From positions 228,415 to 292,414 of the forward strand of contig JALNYO010000001.1 in NCBI GenBank assembly GCA_023229765.1: a stretch of DNA of 64,000 bases, written 5' to 3'. Below the pieces are notes generated by a model. It ran no database searches. It was given only the letters and a program-made list of their open reading frames with translations, and was not told the origin of the DNA. The DNA comes from Syntrophales bacterium (GTDB lineage Bacteria > Desulfobacterota > Syntrophia > Syntrophales > UBA5619). Positions 39,882 through 48,703 of the stretch are shown here, in pieces. A program made the translations under genes and the position numbers. The stretch's first letter is position 1. Each line of letters opens with the position of its first letter.

Positions 39882-40524
39882 TACAGTCATTAAAGCAAAA
39901 AACGTAAAACTGCTGAAGGGAAGACCAAATTCCGCAGCACTAACTTCAGAAAACAGGGAGGATAGGCAGAGCGGAAGCAGATCATCACAATCAGGGCTCA
40001 AATCCCTTGGCCCGGAACAGGAAAAATGGGTAAAGATAATCGATACAGTGAAAAAAGAGGCTTATGAAAAGGGTTTTGCGGAAGGCGAGAAGTTAAGAAA
40101 AAAGGAGCTGCTTGATGCGGTTGTCGCAATGTCGGCGGCAGTGAAGGAAATTGGAACACTTAAAAAAAAGTTTTATGAGGAAAATGAAAAAGATGTGCTG
40201 CAACTGGCTCTTGCTGTTGCTCGGAAGGTAATTCATACAGAGGTGAGTGCAAGCAGTGATGTCGTTCTGTCAGTCCTGAAAGATGCGGTAAAAGAAATTG
40301 CTAATGAAAAGGGCTTGAAAGTGCGGTTAAATCCGGATGACCTGCGCGTGATTATGGAGCTTAAAAATGACCTCTTTCAGGAAAACGCGGCCTTCAAAAA
40401 CGCAGTTTTTGAGGGCGATGCGGGAATAAAAAGGGGTGGCGTTGCGCTGGAGACGGAGCACCTGGAGGTAGATGCACGTTTGGAAAAACAGCTTGATAAG
40501 ATAAAGGAATCATTCAAAATATAA
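39868..40524 (+). CDS. fliH: flagellar assembly protein FliH
   Basis: Position between fliG and fliI, coiled-coil middle, FliH-like C-terminus (VRLNPDDLRVIME). ATG 39868 after GGCGGAGG, 14-nt overlap with fliG. Confidence 0.8.
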   Translation: MPSSDTVIKAKNVKLLKGRPNSAALTSENREDRQSGSRSSQSGLKSLGPEQEKWVKIIDTVKKEAYEKGFAEGEKLRKKELLDAVVAMSAAVKEIGTLKKKFYEENEKDVLQLALAVARKVIHTEVSASSDVVLSVLKDAVKEIANEKGLKVRLNPDDLRVIMELKNDLFQENAAFKNAVFEGDAGIKRGGVALETEHLEVDARLEKQLDKIKESFKI

Positions 40525-40552
40525 CTGTATATTTTTCTTAAATAGAGATGCC

Positions 40553-41896
40553 ATGCGCTCAGATCAAATCGATTTTGCCAAGTACCACCATCTTCTCGAG
40601 CAGGTCAATGCAATTGCGACAAGCGGGAAGGTAAGCGAAATTACCGGGCTTATGGTGGAAGGTTATGGAACATCCGTTTCCATTGGCGATACGTGCCGAA
40701 TCTATTCCAATGGTCGGGAAGGTTTTGTAACCGCTGAAGTTGTTGGTTTCAGGCAGGGGAAAGTCCTGATGATGCCTCTTGAAAGCATGCAGGGGCTGGG
40801 GCCGGGCTGCAAGATAATGTTTCTGGGCAGAAAGGCGACGACCATGGTCGGCAGTCAACTCCTCGGCAGGGTGGTTGACGGCTTGGGTGCGCCGATTGAC
40901 GGCAAGGGCGTCGTTCACTTTGAGGATGAATATCCGATCTATGCGGAGCCCATCAATCCTCTGCTCCGGGGCAGAATATCGGCGCCGATGGATCTGGGAA
41001 TACGCGCCATCAATGGTGTCTTTACCTGTGGCAAGGGACAGCGAATGGGAATTTTTGCCGGTTCCGGCGTAGGCAAAAGCGTCATTATGGGAATGATTGC
41101 CCAGGATAGTAAGGCCGACGTCAACGTAATTGGCTTGATTGGGGAAAGGGGTCGGGAGGTACGTGAATTTCTGGAAAAGAATCTCGGCGTGGAGGGCCTC
41201 GCAAAATCGGTAGTCGTGGTCTCCGCTTCCGACATGCATCCTTTGATTCGGATGCGGGCCGCCTATGTGGCTACTGCCATCGCCGAATATTTCCGGGACA
41301 AGGGGGCGAATGTCCTTCTGATCATGGATTCCCTGACACGCTTTGCGATGGCGCAAAGGGAGGTGGGCCTTGCGGTTGGCGAGCCTCCTACGACCAAAGG
41401 CTATACCCCTTCAATTTTCAGCATTCTTCCGAAGCTCCTGGAACGTTGTGGGAGCATCGAGAAAAAGGGCAGCATTACAGGTCTTTATACTGTTCTTGTT
41501 GAGGGCGATGATTTCAATGAGCCGATCTCCGACGCGGCGAGGTCCATTCTTGATGGACATATTGCTCTATCAAGGGATTTGGCGAACAAGAATCACTATC
41601 CTGCAATCGATCCGCTGCAAAGCATCAGCAGGGCAATGGTTGACATTGTTGATAATGAGCATCGGGAAAGGGCGGGCAGGATTTTGAATATCCTGGCAAC
41701 ATATAAAAAAGCTGAGGATCTGATAAATATCGGCGCCTATGTCAAGGGAAGCAATCCGGAGATAGATTATGCAATCAGCATGGTCGGCAGGGTTAACGCC
41801 TTTCTGAAACAGGATATTCATGAAACCGTCGATTTTGAAATTTCGAAAAGGGAATTGTTTGCCCTTTTTGAACCACCTTCTCTTGATATAAGGTAA
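40553..41896 (+). CDS. fliI: flagellum-specific ATPase FliI
   Basis: Walker A GSGVGKS, Walker B LLIMDSLTR, PAIDPLQSISR. Confidence 0.96.
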   Translation: MRSDQIDFAKYHHLLEQVNAIATSGKVSEITGLMVEGYGTSVSIGDTCRIYSNGREGFVTAEVVGFRQGKVLMMPLESMQGLGPGCKIMFLGRKATTMVGSQLLGRVVDGLGAPIDGKGVVHFEDEYPIYAEPINPLLRGRISAPMDLGIRAINGVFTCGKGQRMGIFAGSGVGKSVIMGMIAQDSKADVNVIGLIGERGREVREFLEKNLGVEGLAKSVVVVSASDMHPLIRMRAAYVATAIAEYFRDKGANVLLIMDSLTRFAMAQREVGLAVGEPPTTKGYTPSIFSILPKLLERCGSIEKKGSITGLYTVLVEGDDFNEPISDAARSILDGHIALSRDLANKNHYPAIDPLQSISRAMVDIVDNEHRERAGRILNILATYKKAEDLINIGAYVKGSNPEIDYAISMVGRVNAFLKQDIHETVDFEISKRELFALFEPPSLDIR

Positions 41897-41901
41897 CTGC
41901 C

Positions 41902-42342
41902 ATGTTTGCTTTCAATCTCCAGCCGGTGCTTAATTACCGTAAAACCGTTGAAGAAAAAAAACTAACCGAATTTGCCGACATGCAACGGAAACTGGTTGAG
42001 GAAAAAAAACTGCTGGAAAGCATATGCAAGGAGAAGCAGCAAATCGTAGAGCAACTGAAAAACATTCAGCAGAGTACGTTTTATGCGTCCGATGTTTCTT
42101 TTTCCCTGGCCTATGTCGGAATTCTCAGCGAAAAAGAGCTTATCCAGCAGAAGGTAGTTGCCCGGGTTGCTGTCGAGGTGGAGCGGCTGAGAAGGGAACT
42201 GCTGGAAACGGTAAAAGACAGAAAGATGATTGATATTATTAAAGAACACAAGTTGGCGGAATTTAAGATGGGTATTGCCACCCTGGAGCGCAAAGCCATC
42301 GAAGAGACGGCCATTCAGTCCTTCGCAAGAAAGAATAAATGA
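41902..42342 (+). CDS. fliJ: flagellar export chaperone-like protein FliJ
   Basis: 146-aa all-coiled-coil protein directly after fliI (LQPVLNYRKTVEEKKLTEF...). Confidence 0.8.
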   Translation: MFAFNLQPVLNYRKTVEEKKLTEFADMQRKLVEEKKLLESICKEKQQIVEQLKNIQQSTFYASDVSFSLAYVGILSEKELIQQKVVARVAVEVERLRRELLETVKDRKMIDIIKEHKLAEFKMGIATLERKAIEETAIQSFARKNK

Positions 42343-42932
42343 AGAAAATTACGGCATTGGCACAGATTCTGGTGTTTCTTTTTTTTGCCCTGAAGATCGC
42401 GGCCTTAGCGGGGGTAATGCAAAAACCTTTATCAGCGCAGGCCCAGACGCCTCCGGTAAAAAGCCAGGACTATTCCGTCCCCGTAAAAACTCCCCAAGGT
42501 TCCCTGACAGAAGAAAAAAAGGATTCTAATGACGGGCCGCGCACTCTTATTGCCGCCCTTGAGGAGAAACAAAAAACACTGGACAAGAGGGAGGCTTTTC
42601 TGAAAACCGAAGAGCAGAGGCTTTTGGCGCTTAAAAAGGAGATTATTGAAAAGATAGAGTTGTTAAAGGTAGATCAGGAAAAACTCGATGCGGAGCTTGA
42701 TCGGGCAAATGTGGCCGATTCCAAGAGATTCAAAGATTTGGCCAAGGTTTTCGATTCGACGCCTGCCGCCAAAGCCGGAGCAATGCTGGAGGTCATGGAT
42801 TTAAAAACCGCCGCAGGGATCACAATGAATATGAAAAAGGATAAGGCCGGCGCTATCTGGGGATATCTAAGCCCCCAGAAGGCGGTAGAAATAACGCGTG
42901 AAATAACCAGCGCCGGCAAGCAGAGGCCATGA
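42339..42932 (+). CDS. MotE/YlxF-like (MgtE_N-type) flagellar accessory protein
   Basis: Signal/TM N-terminus, coiled coil, C-terminal KVFDSTPAAKAGAMLEVMDLKTAAGITMNMKKDKAGAIWGYLSPQKA resembling the MgtE intracellular N-domain fold seen in ylxF/motE genes after fliJ. Confidence 0.6.
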   Translation: MKKITALAQILVFLFFALKIAALAGVMQKPLSAQAQTPPVKSQDYSVPVKTPQGSLTEEKKDSNDGPRTLIAALEEKQKTLDKREAFLKTEEQRLLALKKEIIEKIELLKVDQEKLDAELDRANVADSKRFKDLAKVFDSTPAAKAGAMLEVMDLKTAAGITMNMKKDKAGAIWGYLSPQKAVEITREITSAGKQRP

Positions 42933-42968
42933 TAAGAACCCTCATAGACAAGATTTTACAATAGAGCC

Positions 42969-43090
42969 AATTGCAAAACTATTTGTCATTCCCGAATGTC
43001 TCTATCGGGAATATGGTTTTTCAAGCAGTTAGAACCAGATTCCCGCTCAGAATCGTTGCGGGAATGACAAGAATGGGGAGTTTTGCAATT
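42969..43090. repeat. 122-bp MITE/REP-like element with imperfect terminal inverted repeats and internal hairpins
   Basis: AATTGCAAAACT (42969-80) vs AGTTTTGCAATT (43079-90). TTGTCATTCCCG (42983-94) vs CGGGAATGACAA (43059-70). Inner 8-bp hairpins ATTCCCGA/TCGGGAAT and ATTCCCGC/GCGGGAAT. Confidence 0.75.
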
Positions 43091-43219
43091 ACCTCAATAG
43101 AAGAAAGTTTTTTCATCCAAGGTAAATTCAGTCGGAATTTTTTTCCCTTTTCCACGATTTCTTGATAATCAATTTTTGTAACTGATTAATATAAATAATC
43201 AAATATCAATTTTTTGCTG

Positions 43220-43235
43220 TGGCATATATATTGCT
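43220..43235 (+). promoter_or_regulatory. sigma-54 promoter of the fliK-flgD-flgE unit
   Basis: TGGCAT-atata-TTGCTT, correct spacing, 37 nt upstream of ATG 43272. Confidence 0.75.
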
Positions 43236-43271
43236 TTTCTATGCTCCGAAAATAGGATTGGGGCTTAGGCA

Positions 43272-45428
43272 ATGGTAAAAAATGTTTTCACTAAAAACGA
43301 GCTTCTCGATTTTAATAACTCTCTCAAAAAGGGTAAAGGCGCTCCCGTGGTTGATGGAGAGATCCTCCTGTCGAGCTCCGAAAATCCTGGCAATGGCAAA
43401 GGAAGCGCTTTTTCTTCGCTCCTGCAAAATGGTTTGGATAGTCTGGTTGGCTGCAACAATAACGAAAGTTATGAGGACAATCATCTCAAGTCAGAGCCCC
43501 TGTCTGTTTCCGGAACGATTGACAGTGAGTTCCCTAAAGAAAAAATCACCGATGAAATTCTGATGCGATTTCAAGAAGACAAAGTGTCTGCCGATGCGCA
43601 ATTAGCGCGAACTAAACAAGGTATTGCAATTGATGCGGGATTATCGGGGACGTCTGTGTTTTCTAATGAAGCGTCTTTAGTTGGTGACGAACATATTGAA
43701 TATGAATATCAGTATGTTACAGTGAATGTGCCAGCGGCATTGCCTGCTGTGGATCAACCTGCAGCGTCGGTCCGTGCTGCTTTCGCCCGTCAGGATGGCG
43801 ACGTCGCGGTAAAATTATCAGCGGGTACGGCAGTTTCCGGCAACCAGGATGGTGACATTGAGCTGCAAACGCCCTCAAGCAGTCTTGAGCTGCCGGCGGG
43901 GAAGCTTGACCGTAAGCTCGTACAGACGCCGGTTCGTGATTATCTCGTACAGATGCCGGTTCGTGATTATGCGGATGCCAAAACAGCGTCTTCCCAGGAT
44001 AGAGAGATTTTTGCGGCCTACCGGTCGGGAGAAACTCTCACCGCAGCTTCTCCCGAGAGCAGTCGAACTGCGGGAGCGGTTTTACCGCAAGGACAACCGC
44101 TGACAGAGGCAGTGCCGGAAAAACATTCAGAAACTTCTTATGCCCAAGCAACGGTAGATTCCCTGGAAATAAGTAGCAGCGAGTTACGGGAAGCATCGGT
44201 TGTCTCTGCCTCAAACCCTCAGAAGGGCAGAGGGAGTGTCCTGAGTGAAATATCCGTTGAGCGGCTTGCCGGAAATGTTGGTTTGTCAGAGGCGCAAAAT
44301 GACAGGGGAAGCTTTCCGGTTGAGAAATCGGTAGATAAGGTTGTCTTGAATACTGGCGCCGGCAATAATTTCCCGGAGGTGGGGAATGTCCCCGCGGCAT
44401 TGCCTGCAGCAGATCAACCTGCAGCGTCGGTCCATGCTGCTTTCGCCCGTCAGGATGGCGACGTCGCGGTAAAATTATCAGCGGGTACGGCAGTTTCCGG
44501 CAACCAGGATGGTGACATTGATCTGCAAACGCCCTCAAGCAGTCTTGAGCTGCCGGCGGGGAAGCTTGACAGTGAGCTTGCACAGACGCCGGTTCGTGAT
44601 TATGCGGATGCCAAAACAGCGTCTTCCCAGGATAGAGGGATTTTTGCGGCCTACCGGTCGGGAGAAGCTTTAGTCACATTGACTACGGAGAGCAGCCGAA
44701 ATGCTGGAGCGGTTTTGGCGAAAGACCAGGGGCTGAATGAGGCTGTCCCGAAAAAAAATTTAGAAACGCCCATTTCCCAGACAAAAGTCGATTTACTGGG
44801 CATAATCAACCCCAGGGCAGGGGAAGCGTCGCTTTCATCTTCGCAAAAACTGCAAAAGGTCCGAGAAATTTTTCCGACTGAGGAATCCGCAGTCAAGGCT
44901 GCCGCCAGTGATATTGTCGAAACTAATTCTTATAATGTCGGTCGCCAGTTCTTCAGCGCGGATATTTCAGCTCCTGCGGAAGGTCGTAATCTTACAGATC
45001 AGGTTATGAGTCAATTGCCGGAAGGCGCCTTAAAGGGTTCCAGCCGGGTAAGGATAAATCTGTATCCGGAATCCCTTGGCAGCGTTGATATGGATATTGT
45101 TGTCCGCGAAAACAGGGTGCATGTTTTCATAATCGCGGAAAGAGCGGATGTGGTGCAGGCGCTGCAAGGACAGCAGGAACAATTGAAAAACGCTTTGCAG
45201 TCCCAGGGGCTGCAGGTAAACAGCCTTGATTTTCAATTACGGGAAAATCCCAACCCAATGAATGACGGTTCCCGGGGGGGCGATCTCTGGCGCCATCAAA
45301 ATCAGGAGAGAGGGCAAAAAGAAGGGAAAAATTATGAAGCTCCCGTCCTGTCCGGCAGTTTGGGAGCGCTAACCGGAAATATCATGCATAATAGTCAGAT
45401 GGACCGCACTATAAGCATTTTTGTCTGA
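43272..45428 (+). CDS. fliK: flagellar hook-length control protein FliK (718 aa, internally duplicated)
   Basis: C-terminal Flg_hook-type domain (RVRINLYPESLGSVDMDIVVRENRVHVFIIAERADVVQALQGQQEQLKNALQSQGLQV), P/A/S/Q-rich ruler region, position upstream of flgD-flgE. Confidence 0.88.
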   Translation: MVKNVFTKNELLDFNNSLKKGKGAPVVDGEILLSSSENPGNGKGSAFSSLLQNGLDSLVGCNNNESYEDNHLKSEPLSVSGTIDSEFPKEKITDEILMRFQEDKVSADAQLARTKQGIAIDAGLSGTSVFSNEASLVGDEHIEYEYQYVTVNVPAALPAVDQPAASVRAAFARQDGDVAVKLSAGTAVSGNQDGDIELQTPSSSLELPAGKLDRKLVQTPVRDYLVQMPVRDYADAKTASSQDREIFAAYRSGETLTAASPESSRTAGAVLPQGQPLTEAVPEKHSETSYAQATVDSLEISSSELREASVVSASNPQKGRGSVLSEISVERLAGNVGLSEAQNDRGSFPVEKSVDKVVLNTGAGNNFPEVGNVPAALPAADQPAASVHAAFARQDGDVAVKLSAGTAVSGNQDGDIDLQTPSSSLELPAGKLDSELAQTPVRDYADAKTASSQDRGIFAAYRSGEALVTLTTESSRNAGAVLAKDQGLNEAVPKKNLETPISQTKVDLLGIINPRAGEASLSSSQKLQKVREIFPTEESAVKAAASDIVETNSYNVGRQFFSADISAPAEGRNLTDQVMSQLPEGALKGSSRVRINLYPESLGSVDMDIVVRENRVHVFIIAERADVVQALQGQQEQLKNALQSQGLQVNSLDFQLRENPNPMNDGSRGGDLWRHQNQERGQKEGKNYEAPVLSGSLGALTGNIMHNSQMDRTISIFV
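43725..44033 (+). repeat. intragenic direct repeat, copy 1 (309 nt)
   Basis: Near-identical to 44385-44666 (offset 660 nt = 220 codons); contains one extra 27-nt unit. Confidence 0.9.
43917..43970 (+). repeat. 27-nt tandem micro-duplication inside copy 1
   Basis: CTCGTACAGACGCCGGTTCGTGATTAT / CTCGTACAGATGCCGGTTCGTGATTAT (LVQTPVRDY / LVQMPVRDY). Confidence 0.9.
44385..44666 (+). repeat. intragenic direct repeat, copy 2 (282 nt)
   Basis: About a dozen mismatches to copy 1 counted by eye, including an identical run of about 85 nt (GCTGCTTTCGCCCGTCAGGATGGCGACGTCGCGG...GGTGACATTGA). Confidence 0.9.
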
Positions 45429-45450
45429 TAAGTTAAAGGGAGGTGTTGGT

Positions 45451-45891
45451 ATGGTAGATACAACGGGTATAGTAAACAGTGCGAGTGCGACAAGTTCTTC
45501 TTCGCAAACTGGTTCAACCGCATCAGCCAGTTCATTGGGCAAGGACGAGTTTTTCAAAATGCTGATAGCGCAATTGAAGAATCAGGATCCTCTAAACCCG
45601 CAGGACGGCGCCGAATTCTCCGCCCAGCTTGCCCAGTTTTCGAGTCTCGAGCAGCTGACCAATCTCAATAAGACACTGGAAGCGCAAGGCGCAAGTTACA
45701 GCGCTCTTATGAATTTGCAATCGGTAAGCCTGGTTGGCAAGGAGGTAGAGGCAAAAATCGTTGATAAGGACACTGCCGAGAGCAAGACCGTCACCGGCAT
45801 GGTTTCCGCCGTTCAATTCAGGGATAACTCCATCTTTCTTACAGTAAATGATCAGGAAGTGGCTTTTGGCGATGTGGTATCGGTGAAATAA
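45451..45891 (+). CDS. flgD: flagellar hook assembly (capping) protein FlgD
   Basis: LGKDEFFKMLIAQLKNQDPLNP signature; ATG 45451 after AAGGGAGG. Confidence 0.94.
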   Translation: MVDTTGIVNSASATSSSSQTGSTASASSLGKDEFFKMLIAQLKNQDPLNPQDGAEFSAQLAQFSSLEQLTNLNKTLEAQGASYSALMNLQSVSLVGKEVEAKIVDKDTAESKTVTGMVSAVQFRDNSIFLTVNDQEVAFGDVVSVK

Positions 45892-45957
45892 AGAACCAGC
45901 GTTTTCAATGAAGGTAACTTTATAAATCAGAAAAAATAAAACCAGGAGGAATTGAAT

Positions 45958-47508
45958 ATGGCAACATCATTATGGATAGGGACAACAGGACTTTCGGGAA
46001 GTGAAAAACAGTTGGACGTAATCGCCAATAATCTGGCCAACGCCAATACGCCCGGGTTCAAGGCGTCGGATACATTTTTCAACAGCATGCTGAGCCAGAA
46101 CCTGGCTGGCGGTTCGCAGCAGCGGGTCGGGCAGGGGGTTGGCGTGTCGGCGATAACGAAGATATTTGATCAGGGGTCTTTTGAATCGTCCGGAAACGCC
46201 ACCGACGTGGCCATAGACGGAAACGGTTTTTTTATCGTCAAAGACAGTGACAACAGAACGTTGTACACGCGGGCGGGCGGTTTTGAAGTGAATAAGACCG
46301 GGTTCCTTGCCGACAAAAACGACTACACGGTGCAGGGACACATGTTTGATGAAACCGGTTTGATAGAAGATACCTCTCTGACTGATATGGATTTGCGCAA
46401 CATTCAGTCCGTTCCGAAGTCATCTACCACCTTCAGCCTGGGTCTGACGCTTGATTCACAAACCAAGACAGGAGAGACATTCGATGTTTCCCAGGTTCTG
46501 TACGATTCGCGCGGCGCTGAACATTCTCTCAGCACAACCTTCATGAAAACCGAGAACGCCAGCTACTGGGGCGTTAAGACCACAATGGATGGCGCAGAGG
46601 CAGAAGCACAGCAGTATTCCGGCATCAAGTTTGACTCGCAGGGGTTAGTGGAGATGGTTTACACCGCCGATGTTACGCCTGCTCCTGCTGTAACAACGGC
46701 TGGTGATGGGGATGCAGTGCTGAAAGTAAACAATTCCGGTCAGTTATATAAGGATACGACCGCGCCGATTGTCTTGACCAGAGGCGCTGATACAAATACC
46801 TGGACATTTACCAATGGTGGGTATGAAAATATGTCGTTAAACTATGGAATTTCTGGCGCTGATGATCTGATCGGCATAGATATGGACGGTATCGGCGGCG
46901 ACGACATTACTTTTACTCTAACGGGCGCCTGGGCCTTAGATGATGCCATCTCGTTTAACATTGTCCAGAACGAAGAGGCCGCCGTGGATAAAACCGTTCG
47001 TTTCTATGCGGCGGGGGGAGCGCTTGCCGATGGCGCAACCATTGGACTCGAGGGCGATCTAACCTGGAATCTGGTGGGAGAAGGCGCCGAGAATATAAGA
47101 AGTTTCGCAGCCACTTCCAAGGTTGCTTCGCTTACCATTGACGGTTATGCCCCAGGCACAGTGACCAGTCTGGACGTTAAACCCAACGGACTTGTGGAAG
47201 GGATGTTTTCCAATGGGCAGAGGCAGAATGTGGCAAGACTGATGCTTGCTGATTTCGCCAACCTGCAAGGGTTGAACATGACGGGAAGCTACTTTGTCGA
47301 AACCAATGAATCCGGCCCGGTCGTAATCAATAAACCCGCAACCGGAGGGCTGGGGCAGATACAATCCCATTCGATTGAGATGTCCAATACGGACACAGGT
47401 CGGGAATTTATCAAGATGATCATGGCGCAGCGGGCCTACCAGTCCAGCGCCAAGGTTATAACGACGGCCGATCAGATGACGCAGGTGCTGATGAACGTAA
47501 AACAGTAG
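45958..47508 (+). CDS. flgE: flagellar hook protein FlgE
   Basis: N-terminus LWIGTTGLSGSEKQLDVIANNLANANTPGFK, C-terminus IMAQRAYQSSAKVITTADQM; ATG 45958 8 nt after AGGAGG. Confidence 0.95.
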   Translation: MATSLWIGTTGLSGSEKQLDVIANNLANANTPGFKASDTFFNSMLSQNLAGGSQQRVGQGVGVSAITKIFDQGSFESSGNATDVAIDGNGFFIVKDSDNRTLYTRAGGFEVNKTGFLADKNDYTVQGHMFDETGLIEDTSLTDMDLRNIQSVPKSSTTFSLGLTLDSQTKTGETFDVSQVLYDSRGAEHSLSTTFMKTENASYWGVKTTMDGAEAEAQQYSGIKFDSQGLVEMVYTADVTPAPAVTTAGDGDAVLKVNNSGQLYKDTTAPIVLTRGADTNTWTFTNGGYENMSLNYGISGADDLIGIDMDGIGGDDITFTLTGAWALDDAISFNIVQNEEAAVDKTVRFYAAGGALADGATIGLEGDLTWNLVGEGAENIRSFAATSKVASLTIDGYAPGTVTSLDVKPNGLVEGMFSNGQRQNVARLMLADFANLQGLNMTGSYFVETNESGPVVINKPATGGLGQIQSHSIEMSNTDTGREFIKMIMAQRAYQSSAKVITTADQMTQVLMNVKQ

Positions 47509-47531
47509 CAATGAGAAGGTAAGCTTTATCG

Positions 47532-47587
47532 ATAATCGGCAAGGGTGAGTCCATGAACAGGGGCTCCCTTGCCGATTATAATTTTTA
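47532..47587 (+). terminator. strong Rho-independent terminator after flgE
   Basis: Perfect 14-bp stem ATAATCGGCAAGGG (47532-45) / CCCTTGCCGATTAT (47566-79), followed by AATTTTTA. Confidence 0.85.
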
Positions 47588-47864
47588 TGTCAAATATTTG
47601 ACTTAACGCCCTTTGGCGGCAGGCCTATTCTGCTGCTGCTCCTTTTTTCTCCCCATAAACATCCTATGGAAAGTATGCGCAATTTAAGCCAGCGTGCCGA
47701 CAAAGGCGATCCGCAGAAGTTTATCTTCGTGTAAGTGCCTGACACGTATATACTGAAACCTGATTCTTGTATAAATTCTTCTTTTGAGCAATAATCAATA
47801 GTCTAAATTGCGGCAGCATTTATTATTGCCGTTTTTGAAGGTTTATACAAACAGATTTCGGCGA

Positions 47865-47880
47865 TGGTATGCTAATTGCT
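47865..47880 (+). promoter_or_regulatory. sigma-54-type promoter upstream of motA
   Basis: TGGTAT-gctaa-TTGCTT with correct GG/GC spacing, 59 nt upstream of ATG 47939. Confidence 0.55.
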
Positions 47881-47938
47881 TTGATTACTGCCATCGGTTG
47901 CGGTGGCAGACCGTTTATCAACATATTGGATGGAATTA

Positions 47939-48703
47939 ATGGATATAGCTACAATAATTGGTATTTTTAGCGCTTTTGGTCTTGTCATTGTTGCAATGTC
48001 TTCAGGGGGAGGCTTATCATGGTTTTTGGATCTTCCTTCTGCACTGATCGTTTTTGGCGGCGTTTTCGGCGCTGTCTTTATTTACTACCCGCTTGCGGAT
48101 GTTTTTGGCGTTTTTAAGGTAGTTAAACATGTTTTCTTGAAAAAACGGGATGGCACAAACGATGTTATTGAAATATTGGTTAAAATGTCAAAAGTTGCCC
48201 GAAAAGAGGGTTTGCTGGCCCTGGAAAAAATGGCTGAAAAAATAGACGATCCATTTTTTGTCAAAGCGGCGCACCTTTTGGTTGACGGCATCGAACCGGC
48301 AAATGTTGCGAACATTCTGGATACCGAACTTGATTATATCGAAGCAAGGCACCGGTTGGGTGCGGAAATTTTTACAACCATGGGAAATGTGGCCCCGGCG
48401 ATGGGGATGACCGGGACCTTGATAGGTTTGGTGCAGATGTTGATGCGGATGAGCGATCCCAGTACAATAGGTCCTGCCATGTCGGTTGCCCTTGTTACAA
48501 CATTTTACGGGGTAATTCTCGCTAACCTCGTTTTTCTCCCGATTGCCGGCAAGCTAAGACGTCTGAGCAATCAGGAGCTGCTGGAAAAACAGTTGATCAT
48601 TAACGGCATATTGTCGGTGCAGTCGGGCGATAATCCGCGGATAATCGAACAAAAACTGCACTCGTTTATTTCTCCCCAGGAGAGAAGGTCGTTGTTCAAA
48701 TGA
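47939..48703 (+). CDS. motA: flagellar stator protein MotA/PomA
   Basis: MDIATIIGIF... N-terminus, 4 TM, PAMGMTGTLIGLVQML in TM3-4; earlier track start 47903 is unlikely. Confidence 0.92.
   Translation: MDIATIIGIFSAFGLVIVAMSSGGGLSWFLDLPSALIVFGGVFGAVFIYYPLADVFGVFKVVKHVFLKKRDGTNDVIEILVKMSKVARKEGLLALEKMAEKIDDPFFVKAAHLLVDGIEPANVANILDTELDYIEARHRLGAEIFTTMGNVAPAMGMTGTLIGLVQMLMRMSDPSTIGPAMSVALVTTFYGVILANLVFLPIAGKLRRLSNQELLEKQLIINGILSVQSGDNPRIIEQKLHSFISPQERRSLFK

Noticed and set aside
42971-43165. 64-aa ORF (MQNYLSFPNVSIGN...).
   Set aside because: It is simply a translation of the MITE/REP-like inverted repeats. No RBS, and it overlaps the element's hairpins.
43725-44666. Regularly spaced near-identical repeats that could superficially suggest a CRISPR-like or satellite array.
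   Set aside because: There are only two copies, about 300 nt long, in-frame inside fliK, and they encode a duplicated protein segment. There are no short repeat/spacer units and no cas genes.
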